DNA of 56,065 bases, counting the filler, from Squatina squatina (lineage: Eukaryota): assembly GCA_031763465.1 (NCBI GenBank). It is 3 parts of 2 records of this genome, joined end to end, with 100 filler letters (N's around TTAATTAATTAA, not from the genome) between each part and the next. Parts side by side here need not be neighbours in the genome. Positions count along the whole stretch, not along the records: positions 16,657 to 39,786 come from JARFOE010000036.1; 2 more parts are not named here. One strand, written 5' to 3'. The notes beneath the pieces were generated by a model. It ran no database searches. It was not told the DNA's origin and saw only the letters and a list, made by a program, of their open reading frames with translations. This document shows, piece after piece, positions 23,690 to 35,214 of the stretch. The position numbers and the translations under genes were made by a program. Each line of letters starts with the position of its first letter. Within the stretch, counting starts at the first letter, position 1.

Positions 23690-24170
23690 CAATAACTCAG
23701 TGAGTAAATGGGCTGCCTGGTGTGGTACTGAGCCATACAGACCACATGTCTCAGGTTTAATTACCATACTGCACTAATTAATCGCAGCATAGTTGGGGGC
23801 AACAGTAAGTACGCCACAACTGGACCGAGTGGAAATGAAAATCAAATAGTTTCCATATTGGGTGGCCGATCTGTAACACCAGTTTTATGCCTAGGTGGCA
23901 AGCTGAAAATCTACTGGTGTCCCTGGGCTCAGAAGATGAAAAAGACGGGGATCCTGATCACTATCCAGTGAATTTTTCTGAAAAATGCATGCGTTGGGGT
24001 TAACAAATGAGAACTGAATCAGGCTCAGCTGTGATACACTCCATAATCACTGCCTGGGCTCACACATGATGATGGTCACTAACATGAGGTATTTTAAGGC
24101 GGCTACTATCCATGGAACAGTGCTCCAGCAAAGAGTCAGGACTTACAGGCGCGGCAGAGAGAAAAAATAC
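23690..24170 (+). mobile_element. SINE copy with tRNA-like head
   Basis: ctcagtgagtaaat...gtggtactgagccatacagacca...gatcactatccagtga...ggctcacacatga...gagtcag; collinear with 29140-29540. Confidence 0.65.
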
Positions 24171-24504
24171 ATTGAATTCTTGTTATGAGTAATGATACAT
24201 GTCTTTAAGACCACCTTTCCTTTCAGTGATAAAGTCAGTCATTTCTTTTTTCATTTTATTCAAAATTACATGTGTATATTTAAAGTTATTTTNNNNNNNN
24301 NNNNNNNNNNNNNNNNNNNNNNNNNNNNNNNNNNNNNNNNNNNNNNNNNNNNNNNNNNNNNNNNNNNNNNNNNNNNNNNNNNNNNNNNNNNNNNNNNNNN
24401 NNNNNNNNNNNNNNNNNNNNNNNNNNNNNNNNNNNNNNNNNNNNNNNNNNNNNNNNNNNNNNNNNNNNNNNNNNNNNNNNNNNNNNNNNNNNNNNNNNNN
24501 NNNN

Positions 24505-25650
24505 AATGGAGTTTTCCCCCTCGGTTCACTAGAAATAGACCAGGTCCCCTTTACGGGTGTATTATCATGAGCCATAGTAGCTTTCCGCATTACCCACCTT
24601 CAGTAACCATTGGATCTGCTGGGTCAAATCAATTTCCTACTTTCTCCTGAACTCCCTCTCTTAATCCTGCTATGAGAGCTCGAAGCCATCCGTCTAAATC
24701 TGCTCGGACTATGTGTCCTCCCATTGTGTGATTAAATGCTCTCCACTTTCTTTCTGCATAGCTGTCTACTGTTTCATCCGGGTGGTGTCTGACAAGACTT
24801 GAAATGGGTCACCACTACTCTCCCATCGCCCCTCTTAAAGCATCTTTGAAACCATCCCAGGTTCCCTGTCCTATTTTATCATCAACATTTAACCTTCTGA
24901 AAACAGATGGTGTTGGTCCAATCAGAGCAGCCTTTAAAGCTTCTTGAGCATCAAAATTGTGTATAGCTCTTAACTGCTTTAATTGTTATATGTACAAGGA
25001 AAGATCTCCCCCCAGTCCTAAGGGTTTTACACCTGACATTATCATTATTAACTGTTCACTGATGTAGGCTTGGGTATATTTATTCAGAACCAGTCCCTGA
25101 CCGTCCTCTTCAGGTGGTGGTCCATATTTTACTTGAGTTAGCGGAGCCATAGGAGGGGGTCTACTATCTCCGACGTCTGGAGTACTCTCCAACAAATTCT
25201 CCTCCCATGAGATTAATTACCCCCTTCTGGACCATCAGCTGTTGTTGTGGTTGATTAATGGTTTGCTGACACTGTGTGTGATCACTAAACTCTCGTCTTT
25301 CTTATCTCAATAAATTATAAGCCAGCTTCATCTCTTTGCATTCTATCTTGCATTCCTCATCCTGTGCATCGGCCTCATAATATAGTCATTTATACGCTAC
25401 TATTTCTTTTTCAGCTTTGCAGAGGCTGATACGGTCTGATAATACATTGCTGTTTGTTCAGCGGCGACTTGCGCCTGTTTTCTTTCCTCCCTGACCTCTC
25501 ATAACTCTTCTGTGAGTTGATGTACCATGGCCTCTTGGTCATTAGCTATTTTTCCAAAGATTCTAATTATTTTCTGAACTTAGCTTCCTGATAACTAATC
25601 TGACCCTTATAATCTGCACTTTCCCAAGAGCCACACACTGTTTTCTAGAA
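24505..25650 (-). mobile_element. Degenerate Gag-like ORF of an LTR retroelement/ERV
   Basis: Broken frame with a coiled-coil-like N-terminal part, PMAP motif, GDPFQVLS and an MHR-like PDETVDSYAERKW (E-x4-Y-x2-R); several stops and frameshifts, no splice signals. Confidence 0.55.
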
Positions 25651-26204
25651 AAAGCTACAATCAGGATTTATGTTTTAGAAAGAGGCAATTTACTCATTGA
25701 TCACTTCTGCTTCCTTGCTCAGATTCCCCGTGCATCACATGCCTGCACTGCTCAGGCCAGCATTCCCAATCTACAGCTTGCTATCAATTTTTAACATAAT
25801 GTTACTTAAAAATTTTAATTATTTAGAGCACGTTGCTTTTCAAACCTTGATATATATGTGGAGTGACTCCAAATGAAGATTCAGGAATTAAAACTTCTCG
25901 TGGTCCTTCTCTGAAAATGTCCTCTTCACCGTGATGGATGGGTTCTAAAATTAAATATTTTAAAACAATCAGAACTTTTGTGCAATTTACTTATTTTTCT
26001 CCCCTATTTTGCTCTTTTATCTACGAACTCAAGGAGGGAGGGAGTTTCTAGGTGTTGGGTATTAAGGTCTTTAACCCAGGTATTTGTTAGGCAATATCTG
26101 CTCANNNNNNNNNNNNNNNNNNNNNNNNNNNNNNNNNNNNNNNNNNNNNNNNNNNNNNNNNNNNNNNNNNNNNNNNNNNNNNNNNNNNNNNNNNNNNNNN
26201 NNNN

Positions 26205-26640
26205 ATAACTTCACATTTATCCACGTTATACTGCATCTGCCATGTGTTTGCCCACTCACTCAACTTGTCTAAATCGCCTTGCAGCCTCTTTGCATCCTCC
26301 TCACAACTCACATTCCCTCCCAGTTTTGTGTCATCAGCAAACTTGAAAATGGTGTATTTGGTTTCCCTCATCCAAGTTATTTATATAGATTGTGAATAGC
26401 TGGGCCCCAAGCACTGACCCCTGTGGTACCCCACTAGTCACTGCCTGCCACCCGGAAAAAGACCCATTTATTCCCACTCTTGTTTCCTGTCCGTTAACCA
26501 GTTCTCAATCCATGTCAGTATATTAACCCCCAATCCCACGAGCTTTAATTTTGCACACTAACCTCTGATGTGGGACTTTATCAAAAGCCTTCTGAAAATC
26601 CAAATACACCATATCCACTGGTTCTCCCTTATCACTTCAA
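26205..26640 (-). mobile_element. CR1 LINE RT fragment
   Basis: [48 protein letters not shown]; upstream VYLDFQKAFDKVPH motif. Confidence 0.93.
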
Positions 26641-27844
26641 CAAAATATTTAACTGGGATGAGGTTGTGAAAGACGATTTATAAACGCAAGTTATTTCTTT
26701 CTCTGAGGTTCAGCATATCATGGGTTAAATCCAGAGTACTTTCTCTATACTGCCTTGAAGCTGACACCCAAGGCGAAAAGAGAGTGTGCTAACTTACTAT
26801 GTACCCAATCTGTGACACATTTAAAGTTTCACTCACTATTGTTTGACTGTAGTGGTTTTCCTCACCTCCATGCAATCTGGGAGGGTGTTCATGTCTACGC
26901 TCCAACATGGAGAACTGACTCGGTTGTCTCTGATTGTCTGCTTCCTGATTAACTCTCCCTTCAGGTAGACGAGCAAGCTCTGAAATGAAGCGCACTATTG
27001 GGAATTATTATAAACATGGAAGTGCGGGATGGTGAATTTCTGTTCTCTCACTTTACAGCTACCATTATCGTCACTTTGATGGTTTCTCAATAAATCAAAC
27101 TAAACAATTATCTTGAACAAAACAAGACTTAGCCACCATCAAAAAATTGAGTACTGGAAGCAGCACAAACACCACTCTGTAATTATCTTGTTCCTCCTTG
27201 CAAGAGTCAACACTTTCAGAAATGCAGGGGAGAATTGGCAAAAGAAAGATATGGCGAGTTTCTTTAATGTTATAATGTTGTATTGCCAATTGTGTGGTAT
27301 ATCCTGAAGCTGCTGACTCATGCTAGGGTACAGTTNNNNNNNNNNNNNNNNNNNNNNNNNNNNNNNNNNNNNNNNNNNNNNNNNNNNNNNNNNNNNNNNN
27401 NNNNNNNNNNNNNNNNNNNNNNNNNNNNNNNNNNNAGGCAGCACCATAGTAATGACTGGAGTCAAAGCGCTGGGCAGCATTATTCAGTTGTTGTTTCAAG
27501 TTTGAGGAATAGTGTTTTGAATTCACTGTCAATAACCAACCACCAAAGGATTTCACATAAGCGTACATCTCTGGGAAGTCAATGAAATAAACCTGTTTTG
27601 TATAAAATAAAAAAAATGTCAGTGGGTAGAAATGGGAAAAATAGACAGTGAAGAGGAATCGGTTGCTTAATGTGATAAGAGGAATCCCTACTTTAAAACT
27701 TCCCTTTTAGTAGTAATCTGGTGCCATAAAATGGTAGATTTTAGGACAGTGCTTCTAATTCAGCATGTAGTCTAATTTGACAGGCGCTGAGCAGATACAT
27801 GATGCTGCCCCTCAGCAGAAACGTCAGAGGACAAATGTGCTAAT

Positions 27845-28235
27845 ACAAAGGCAAAATACTGCGGAAATCTGAAATAAAAACTGCAAATGCTGGAAATACT
27901 CAGCAGGTCAGGACCTCTGTGGAGGGAGAAACAGAGTTAACGTTTCAGGTCGATGACCCTTCGTCTGAACTGGAAGAAGTTAGAGATGTAACAGGTTTTT
28001 CGGCAAGTGCAGGGGCAGGGAGAGGGGGGAGGGGAGGAAAGAACAAAAGGGAAGGTCTGTGATAGGATGGAAGGCAGGAGAGATTAAGAAACAAAAGGGA
28101 TAATTGCACAAAGCAAAAGGAGATGGTAATGGGACAACTAATGAAACAAGACGGGTCTAAAGGTCGTGTAACCTGGAATGACAGGATCATTACCTTCAAC
28201 TGCTGTCTGAAAAAATGGGGCAGAGGTTATGATCG
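27845..28235 (-). mobile_element. Penelope-like element terminal (pLTR) region
   Basis: Shark-type end aaatgctggaaatactcagcaggtcagg...gaaacagagttaacgtttcaggtcgatgaccct followed by a purine-rich tract; carries a hammerhead-like core. Confidence 0.6.
27935..27971 (-). ncRNA. Minimal type I hammerhead ribozyme-like motif (core variant CAGACGA)
   Basis: Minus strand AGUU-CAGACGA-AGGGUC-AUC-GACCU-GAAACGUU-AACU: stem I AGUU/AACU, stem II GGUC/GACC, palindromic ACGU stem III; U-to-A change in the CUGA box. Confidence 0.5.
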
Positions 28236-28335
28236 NNNNNNNNNNNNNNNNNNNNNNNNNNNNNNNNNNNNNNNNNNNNNNNNNNNNNNNNNNNNNNNNN
28301 NNNNNNNNNNNNNNNNNNNNNNNNNNNNNNNNNNN

Positions 28336-28550
28336 TAATTCTGTGGTGGGGGTAATCCTGTGGTTGGGGTCATCCTGTGGTTGGGGTGGTCCTGTGATTA
28401 GGGTGATTCTGTGGTTGGGGTGATTCTGTGGTTGGGGTGATTCTGTGAATGGGGTGATCCTGAGATTGGGGTGATTCTGTGAATGGGGTGATTCTGTGCT
28501 TAGGGTGAACCTGTGGTTGGGGTGATTCTGTGAATGGGGTGGTCCTGCAA
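28336..28550. repeat. G/T-rich minisatellite (tctgtggttggggtgat-like units of about 18 bp)
   Basis: Repeated attctgtggttggggtg / attctgtgaatggggtg units. Confidence 0.85.
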
Positions 28551-29139
28551 GGGAGCCGGGGATATTTTTTTTGGATAATCTTTCTTTAATAGAATCTCTC
28601 ACTGTAGCAGACTGACCCATCCATTCTCAGTTATTACAAAGGTGAGCCTCCTTTTTATATAGCCATACGCTTCGTGTTTGGATCTCACATTGAGCTGCTG
28701 CAGAGCCTGGCTCGATTATAACCAATGATGGTGATCGTGCCTTATTCATGTATGTTTTTTTAAAATCACATTTTTTAGTGGTCTGTGTGCCCTATTAATG
28801 TTTTGTGTGTTTTATGTATATTTTTAACCTAACCAGTGAGGGTTTTTTTTATTGTACACGGTTCACTGCAGCCACTGATTAGCTGTTTAAAAGTCATGCT
28901 GCAGTTTGAATATGAGGCAATAGGCAAGAGGTTTCCGTATAAAGCACTGTACGGCTCCTCTGTAGCCCGTGGGGTTTTTTAGCTGGTTCAGGGGGGAGAT
29001 TAACAGTATGTGTAATGTACCATATTTTGCTCTGCTAGTTTCACCCTGGCGTCGTGTTGTGTGCCTGGTGGGCTATTGTACACCAGATTATTTGCATAAA
29101 CCACCGCTCAAATTGGATAGAAATGGTCTTGTTTCTCCA

Positions 29140-29540
29140 CCGATGGCTCATTTGGTAAAAGCAGTGAGTAATTGAGTCATACAAACTAGAAGGTCCCATC
29201 TTCTGTCTCCTGATCACTGTTGCGTTGGTTAATGCCAGCAGGAACAGCAGCTGGGGTGGTACAATTGGCCTCATTGCCCCTGAGCTAAGGAGGGGAAAAT
29301 CATCCAGGGTTTTTGCTCCTGGTCACTATTGAGTGACCTCGGCTGGACAGGGTGCTTGTGGGGACTTGAATGAGGACAGCATAGTGCTTGACCGCAATGC
29401 CTCTGCAGTTGAATAGCCCTTGGACATTTACTGTCAAGGTTCACACATCGAGAATAGTCCATAGGCTGTGGAACCGGAGGATGGCTGGCACCATAGGACG
29501 CTACCTGAGAAAGAGTCAGTGCCTTCAAGGGAGAAAATGG
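29140..29540 (+). mobile_element. SINE copy with tRNA-like head
   Basis: gatggctcatttggtaaa head; body collinear with 23690-24170 and the reverse complement of 4900-5210. Confidence 0.65.
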
Positions 29541-29817
29541 GTGGAAATAAAAATAACAACAGATTAATATAAAAACAAGGAATGGGCTCAATTCAATACA
29601 TAAAAGCAGAAAATGCTGGATATGCACAACAGATCGATTAGTGTTAACAGGAATAGACACCTTTTGAGTGGATACTCTTTGTTAAAACTAAAACATTGAT
29701 GGAGAAAATATCATGTCCATACCACAGTGCTTTTACTCATTACCAATCTCGTTTACCCATGTACAAATCAATGTGTGAGACGACCCTTCTTTTCAGTACC
29801 CACTGGCATACTGGGGA

Positions 29818-30132
29818 CTTGGTAGTGTAGTGGTTAAATTGTGGGATTAGTAATCCAAAGGCTTGGACTCTTGATCCAGAGACTAGTGAGTTCAAATCCC
29901 ACCACAGCAGCTGTGGAATTTAAATTCAGTTAATTAAATAATCTGGAATTTTAAAAAAAGCTAGTGTCAGTAATGGTGAAACTATCAGATTGTCATAAAA
30001 ACCCATCTCAGTCACTAATGTCCTTTAGGGAAGGGAATCTGCCATCCTTACCTGGTTTGGCCTATATGTGACTCCAGACCCACAACAATGTGGTTGACTC
30101 TTATCTGCCCTCTGATAATGGCTGAGCAAGTT
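29818..30132 (+). mobile_element. tRNA-derived SINE with CR1-like 3' part
   Basis: A box ggtagtgtagtggtt and B box gagttcaaatccc; second copy in reverse at about 34700-35035. Confidence 0.7.
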
Positions 30133-30849
30133 NNNNNNNNNNNNNNNNNNNNNNNNNNNNNNNNNNNNNNNNNNNNNNNNNNNNNNNNNNNNNNNNNNNN
30201 NNNNNNNNNNNNNNNNNNNNNNNNNNNNNNNNGTATGTGTCATTGGGTGAGAACAGAATTGGGTTCAGTTGTGATGCCTGCACAGGTGAAAAGCCTGCTG
30301 ACACTCGCTGTCTATGTTCAAACATGAAGAATGGCCGCTTGGGAAAATTGGAAAATGAAAAGCAGAGATCGAAATCTGTATCTTGGAAGAATTGTTTCTG
30401 CTTTCTTGTGATAAGACTTCATAATCACATTCCTTAAAACTGAATTGCAAACATTTACAAGCATGATAGTTTTATTTCTTTTAAGAGCAGAAGCAATCAG
30501 TGAGGGAATTGTTTAAGCACACTGACTTCCTTTTTGTGCCTCTAAGCATGAAAGCATCTTTTTGCTGTTAATAAAATGGTTGTGTGTTTGAAAAGGACAA
30601 AATGAAACACAACAGTTGGCTGCATTTCTGTTTGCTGCAGTAATGTAATTAAGCACCTGGATAAGAATCAGGACAGCCTCTGATTCATTCACCATTTCGG
30701 CGATACATTATTTCTGACTTCTGCTCTCTTTATTTAATTGTTTAAAAGGCAAACTTGATTTTGCTGGCACTGCTGTTTTTCTGCAAGGTGCTGGCTCCTA
30801 TTGCTGATGCTGATTTATTTTGTGCTTACGCGAGCACTGAAGGGAGAGC

Positions 30850-31004
30850 TTGTCTTGGTTTATAGCCCTCTTGCCTCTGACTCAGAAAGCTGGGGTTTCA
30901 AGCACCACTCCAGGACTCGAGCACTTAATCTAAGCTGACATTTCAGTGCACTACTGAGGACTGTTGGAAGTACTGTCTTTCAGAAGGTCCCATGGCCCCT
31001 TATC
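30850..31004 (+). mobile_element. Deu-domain SINE 5' part
   Basis: cttgcctctgactcagaaagctggggtttcaagcaccactccag...gctgacatttcagtgcactactgagg; homologous to 22020-22328. Confidence 0.6.
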
Positions 31005-31829
31005 NNNNNNNNNNNNNNNNNNNNNNNNNNNNNNNNNNNNNNNNNNNNNNNNNNNNNNNNNNNNNNNNNNNNNNNNNNNNNNNNNNNNNNNNNNNNNNNN
31101 NNNNTGTTGCTCAGTGCCTTGTGTACGCAGACTCTACATTCTGCTCTCACGGTAAGGTCGTCCTTCACAACCTCCCCCCCTGCACCCCCTCCATTTGTTC
31201 AATGCTTAGTTACGGATGTGAAAATGTGCTAAACAACAACAGAGGATTGCTCCAAACTGGAAATAACTGATAACCGATAGTTTTCATGTACGTGTATATT
31301 GATCATCAGCTCCTTCTCAGTACCTTGAGGCTCAAAGGTCTGGAACCAATTAATAAGCAGTTAGATCATTTGAAGGGGAGGGAAGCTAACTATGGGAGAG
31401 TGAGTTCGATGGGCTGAATGGGCTCCCTCGGCTTGGTGACTGGGAAATGGGATCTGTTTCTAATGATTTAATTAAAAAAAATAGAGCTGGATTGTGTCAG
31501 TTGCAGAGTGGTTTAATGGAGCTTTATTCCCACCCATTACAAATGCAGTTTGGCAGAGTGGAGGAAGGAACCCAATTTAAACCAGGATGTAAAATCACGC
31601 GCGGCAATTTCTGATGAGAACTGTAGAATAGCCAGATCTACAGGACGAGAGATGAATATTGTTTCTTTTATTTCACACAAAGGTTGGTTGAAATTTGAAA
31701 CTCCCTTCCACAAAAGGCTGTGGATATTAGGATAATTGGACCTTCCAAGACTGAGGTAGGTGGATTTTTATTAGGTAAGGCTATCGTGGGATCTGGAGCA
31801 AAGACGGGCTCAGTGACAATCCAAACACA

Positions 31830-32246
31830 CAACACAAGTTTCCATATGTACGCTGACAACACCCAACTCTACCTTACCACCACCTCTCTCAACCCCTCCA
31901 CTGATACTGGTTTGTCACACTGCATACAGTCCGGCATACAGTCCTAGGTGAGCAGATGTTTCTTCCAACTAAATATTGGGAAGATCGAAGCCATTGTCTT
32001 TGGTTGCCATCACAACCTCTGTTCCCTAACTACCTACTCCATCCCTCTCCTTGGTCACTGTCTGAGGCTGAACCAGACCATTCTCAACCTTGGCATTATA
32101 TTTGACCCAGAGTTGAGCTTCCGACCACATATCCTCTCCATCACCAAAACCTTCTACTTCCATCGCCGTAATATCACCCATCTCTGCTCATGCCTCACCT
32201 CGCCTGCTACTGAAACTATCATCCATGCCTTTGTTACCTTTAGACT
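31830..32246 (+). mobile_element. L2 LINE RT fragment
   Basis: SFHMYADNTQLYL...FFQLNIGKIEAI...NLGIIFDPELSFRPHI...ETIIHAFVT, with an internal stop. Confidence 0.88.
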
Positions 32247-33250
32247 TTACCCCAACCTCTGTCATCGAGCTGCAGTACGCAGACGACACCTGCGTGTGCT
32301 CACACTCAGAGGCTGAGCTCCAATCCACCGTCGATTTATTCACTGAGGCGTACGAGAGAATGGGCCTCACGCTGCACATCCGCAAGACAAAGGTTCTACA
32401 CCAGCCTGCCCCAGCCACACACCACCAACCCCCAAATATCAAGATCCATGGCAAGTCCCTGGACAATGTGGATCACTTCCCATACCTTGGGAGCCTCCTC
32501 TCAGCAAGGGCAGACATAGACGATGAAATCCAACACTGTCTCTAGTGTACCAGCATAGCCTTCAGCTGCTTGAGGCAGAGAATGTTTGAACACAAAGACC
32601 TCAAACCCGGCACCAAGCTCATGGCCTACAGGGCAGCAGTGATACCCGTCCTCCTGTACGCATCGGAGACATATCAATGTACAGTAGGCACCTGAAAGCA
32701 CTGGAGAAATACCATCAACACTGCCTCTGCAAAATCATGTAAATCAACTGGCAGGATAAATGCACCAATGTCAGCATCCTCTCTCAGTCCAACATCCCCA
32801 GCATCGAGGCACGAGTCACACTCAACCAACTGCATGCCTGATTCAAGACTCCCGAAATAAGCACTATATTCCGAGCTCTGTCATGGTAAGCGTCTTCAAG
32901 GAGGGCAAAGGAAACGCTTCAGGGACGTCCTAAAAGCCTCCCTGAAAAAATGCAACATCCCCACCGACTCACGGGAATCTCTGGCCCAAGATCGCCCGAA
33001 ATGGAGAAGCATCCGCGAAGGCGCCAACTGTTTCGAGATTCTCCGGCGAGAGCACGTGGAAGCCAAGCGCAGGCAGCGGAAGAAGCGTGTGGAAACACGA
33101 GCATCCCATCCACTCTACCCATCAAATACCACCTGCCCCACCTGCGGTAGAGTTTGCAGATCCCGTATCGAACTTTTCAGCCACCTCAGAACCCATAACT
33201 CCAGAGTGGAAGCAAGTCATCCTCGACCCTGAGGGACTGCTTAAGAAGAG
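32247..33250 (+). mobile_element. 5'-truncated RTE-clade LINE (RT C-terminus, C2H2 finger, 3' tail)
   Basis: ELQYADD...KTKVLHQP...VDHFPYLGS; GGQRKRFRDVLKASLKK; TCPTCGRVCRSRIELFSHLRTH; 3' end gagggactgcttaagaag; stops and frameshifts present. Confidence 0.92.
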
Positions 33251-33428
33251 GTAAACAAAAGCTGAAAATAACTAAATGAATAAAAAAATACANNNNNNNN
33301 NNNNNNNNNNNNNNNNNNNNNNNNNNNNNNNNNNNNNNNNNNNNNNNNNNNNNNNNNNNNNNNNNNNNNNNNNNNNNNNNNNNNNNNNNNNNAGGAGGAG
33401 ACTGTAAACAGTGTGCATCCCAGACATC

Positions 33429-33464
33429 CGAGAGAGAGAGAGAGAGAGAGAGAGGCCGGGATCT
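33429..33464. repeat. (GA)n microsatellite
   Basis: Uninterrupted GA run. Confidence 0.95.
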
Positions 33465-34148
33465 CAGTGAAAGGCCTCCAGGACTGGGAATGATGATCAA
33501 TAAGGTTGAGGCGCTGTGACTCCGTGTCATTACAGAGCGGCTGACTGTGGTACCCAGAGAGAGAGAAAGAGGCTCCATTTTACGATGCTGTTTCCCTGGA
33601 TTTAATGTGACAAGCTTTGTGCTTCACCTTGCTCAGTGCTGGAGGCTTGATAAATTGTCAGTTTTTGTTGTTTAAGGTGTGAGAAGGAGGAGAGCCCGAT
33701 ACTTTATCTCTCCTCTCCGCCACACTGCAGTGTACTGTGGGTAGTCAGAGCCTGCAGTGCAGGGGAGACATCTTGTCACTGGCTGCTGCTGCCTTCGGCC
33801 TAACCGAGCAGGAGCCTCGTCTGGCCTGCTCTTGCCCCATCAAGCGCCAAGCGTCATCAGAGAAGGGTGGACGGAGTAGGAAGAGTGTCTCGTGAGAGTA
33901 CAGAGCCGGTGCCACGAGCAGCACCCTGGACAGCATGCCAGAGATATGTCCATCAGCTGAGGTCACTCCGGACTCCAAGGAGATGCCAAGTGCACTGGAT
34001 GAGATCTAAAAGCTGGGAGCCTTCTCTCTCCCTCACACATGGTTTAGGNNNNNNNNNNNNNNNNNNNNNNNNNNNNNNNNNNNNNNNNNNNNNNNNNNNN
34101 NNNNNNNNNNNNNNNNNNNNNNNNNNNNNNNNNNNNNNNNNNNNNNNN

Positions 34149-34449
34149 GACCTCACTCCCCGGGCACTGGCCTCACTCCCCCGGCACTGACCTCGCTCCC
34201 CAGGGACTGACCTCGCTCCCCCGGCACTGACCTCGCTCCCCTGGGACTGGCCTCGCTCCCCAGGGACTGACCTCACTCCCCCGGGACTGACCTCGCTCCC
34301 CCGGGACTGACCTCGCTCCCCCGGAGACTGACCTCACTCCCCCGGGGACTGACCTCACTCCCCAGGGACTGACCTCGCTCCCCCGGGGACTGACCTCGCC
34401 CCCCCGGGGACTGACCTCGCTCCCCAGGGACTGACCTCGCTCCCCTGGG
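34149..34449. repeat. GC-rich minisatellite, about 15 copies of a 20-21 bp unit ACTGACCTC(G/A)CTCCCC(C/A/T)GGG
   Basis: Units counted directly; left end truncated by the gap. Confidence 0.95.
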
Positions 34450-34553
34450 CCTTGCTAGCTGAGGAGGGAGTTGCTGTGTCATTTGGGCCCCTGTTTGATC
34501 GCGGGTGGATGTGGTAATGTGTGGCCTCTGACTGTGCCTGTGATTTATTTCAG

Positions 34554-34653
34554 GCTGTCTTCACCGATCTGGAGACTCTTGCTGCACTGTTTGCTGCTGC
34601 GATTCACGATGTGGATCACCCCGGAGTTTCCAATCAGTTCCTCATCAACACCA
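34554..34653 (+). CDS. PDE4A: cAMP-specific phosphodiesterase 4 catalytic-domain exon
   Basis: tttcag|GCT...ACC A|gtgagt, 100 nt; [33 protein letters not shown] (HD signature). LAALFAAA plus the SLC44A2/ILF3 neighbourhood favour PDE4A. Confidence 0.88.
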
Positions 34654-34699
34654 GTGAGTATCAGCCCCGGTCCGGGCACTTCCATTCTTATTCATTCTC

Positions 34700-35035
34700 G
34701 AATTGTGGGCGTTGCTGACAAGGCCAGCATTTATTGCCCATCCCTGGATGCCCTGAGAAGGTGGTGGTGAGCCGTTTGATACGATTGAGTATCTGGCCAA
34801 GCCGCTTCAGCGGGCACTGAAGAATCGAGCATGTTGGCGTGCCTCCTTTCCTAAAGAACATTAGTGGATTAGTGGTTGGGTTTTTATGACAATCCGACAG
34901 CCACGTGGTTACTTTTACTGAGACTAGCTTTTTATATCCTGGTATTTTTTAAACTGAATTCAAATTCCCAGACTCCTGCAGTGGGATTTGAAATCATCGC
35001 TGGATTACCAGCCCAGTAACACAACCGCTGCACTC
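34700..35035 (-). mobile_element. tRNA-derived SINE (same family as 29818-30132)
   Basis: Reverse complement shares gaatttgaattcagtt...aagctagtctcagtaa...gattgtcataaaaaccca with the 29818 copy. Confidence 0.7.
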
Positions 35036-35214
35036 CTGCCCTCCACACAGCATGGGCGTGGAGCCGGCTCTGGGGAGATTGTTAACTGCCNNNNNNNNNN
35101 NNNNNNNNNNNNNNNNNNNNNNNNNNNNNNNNNNNNNNNNNNNNNNNNNNNNNNNNNNNNNNNNNNNNNNNNNNNNNNNNNNNNNNNNNNAAAAGGAACT
35201 TGGCCATCTTTGCA

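Noticed and set aside
26965-28641. Several AG...GT bounded plus-strand segments (about 26965-27031, 27204-27253, 28608-28641)
   Set aside because: No recognisable peptide or consistent phase chain; such sites arise often by chance
29818-29905. tRNA gene
   Set aside because: A and B boxes present but no cloverleaf, and it continues into a SINE body
34149-34449. CRISPR-like array
   Set aside because: Units are head-to-tail with no unique spacers, and the context is vertebrate
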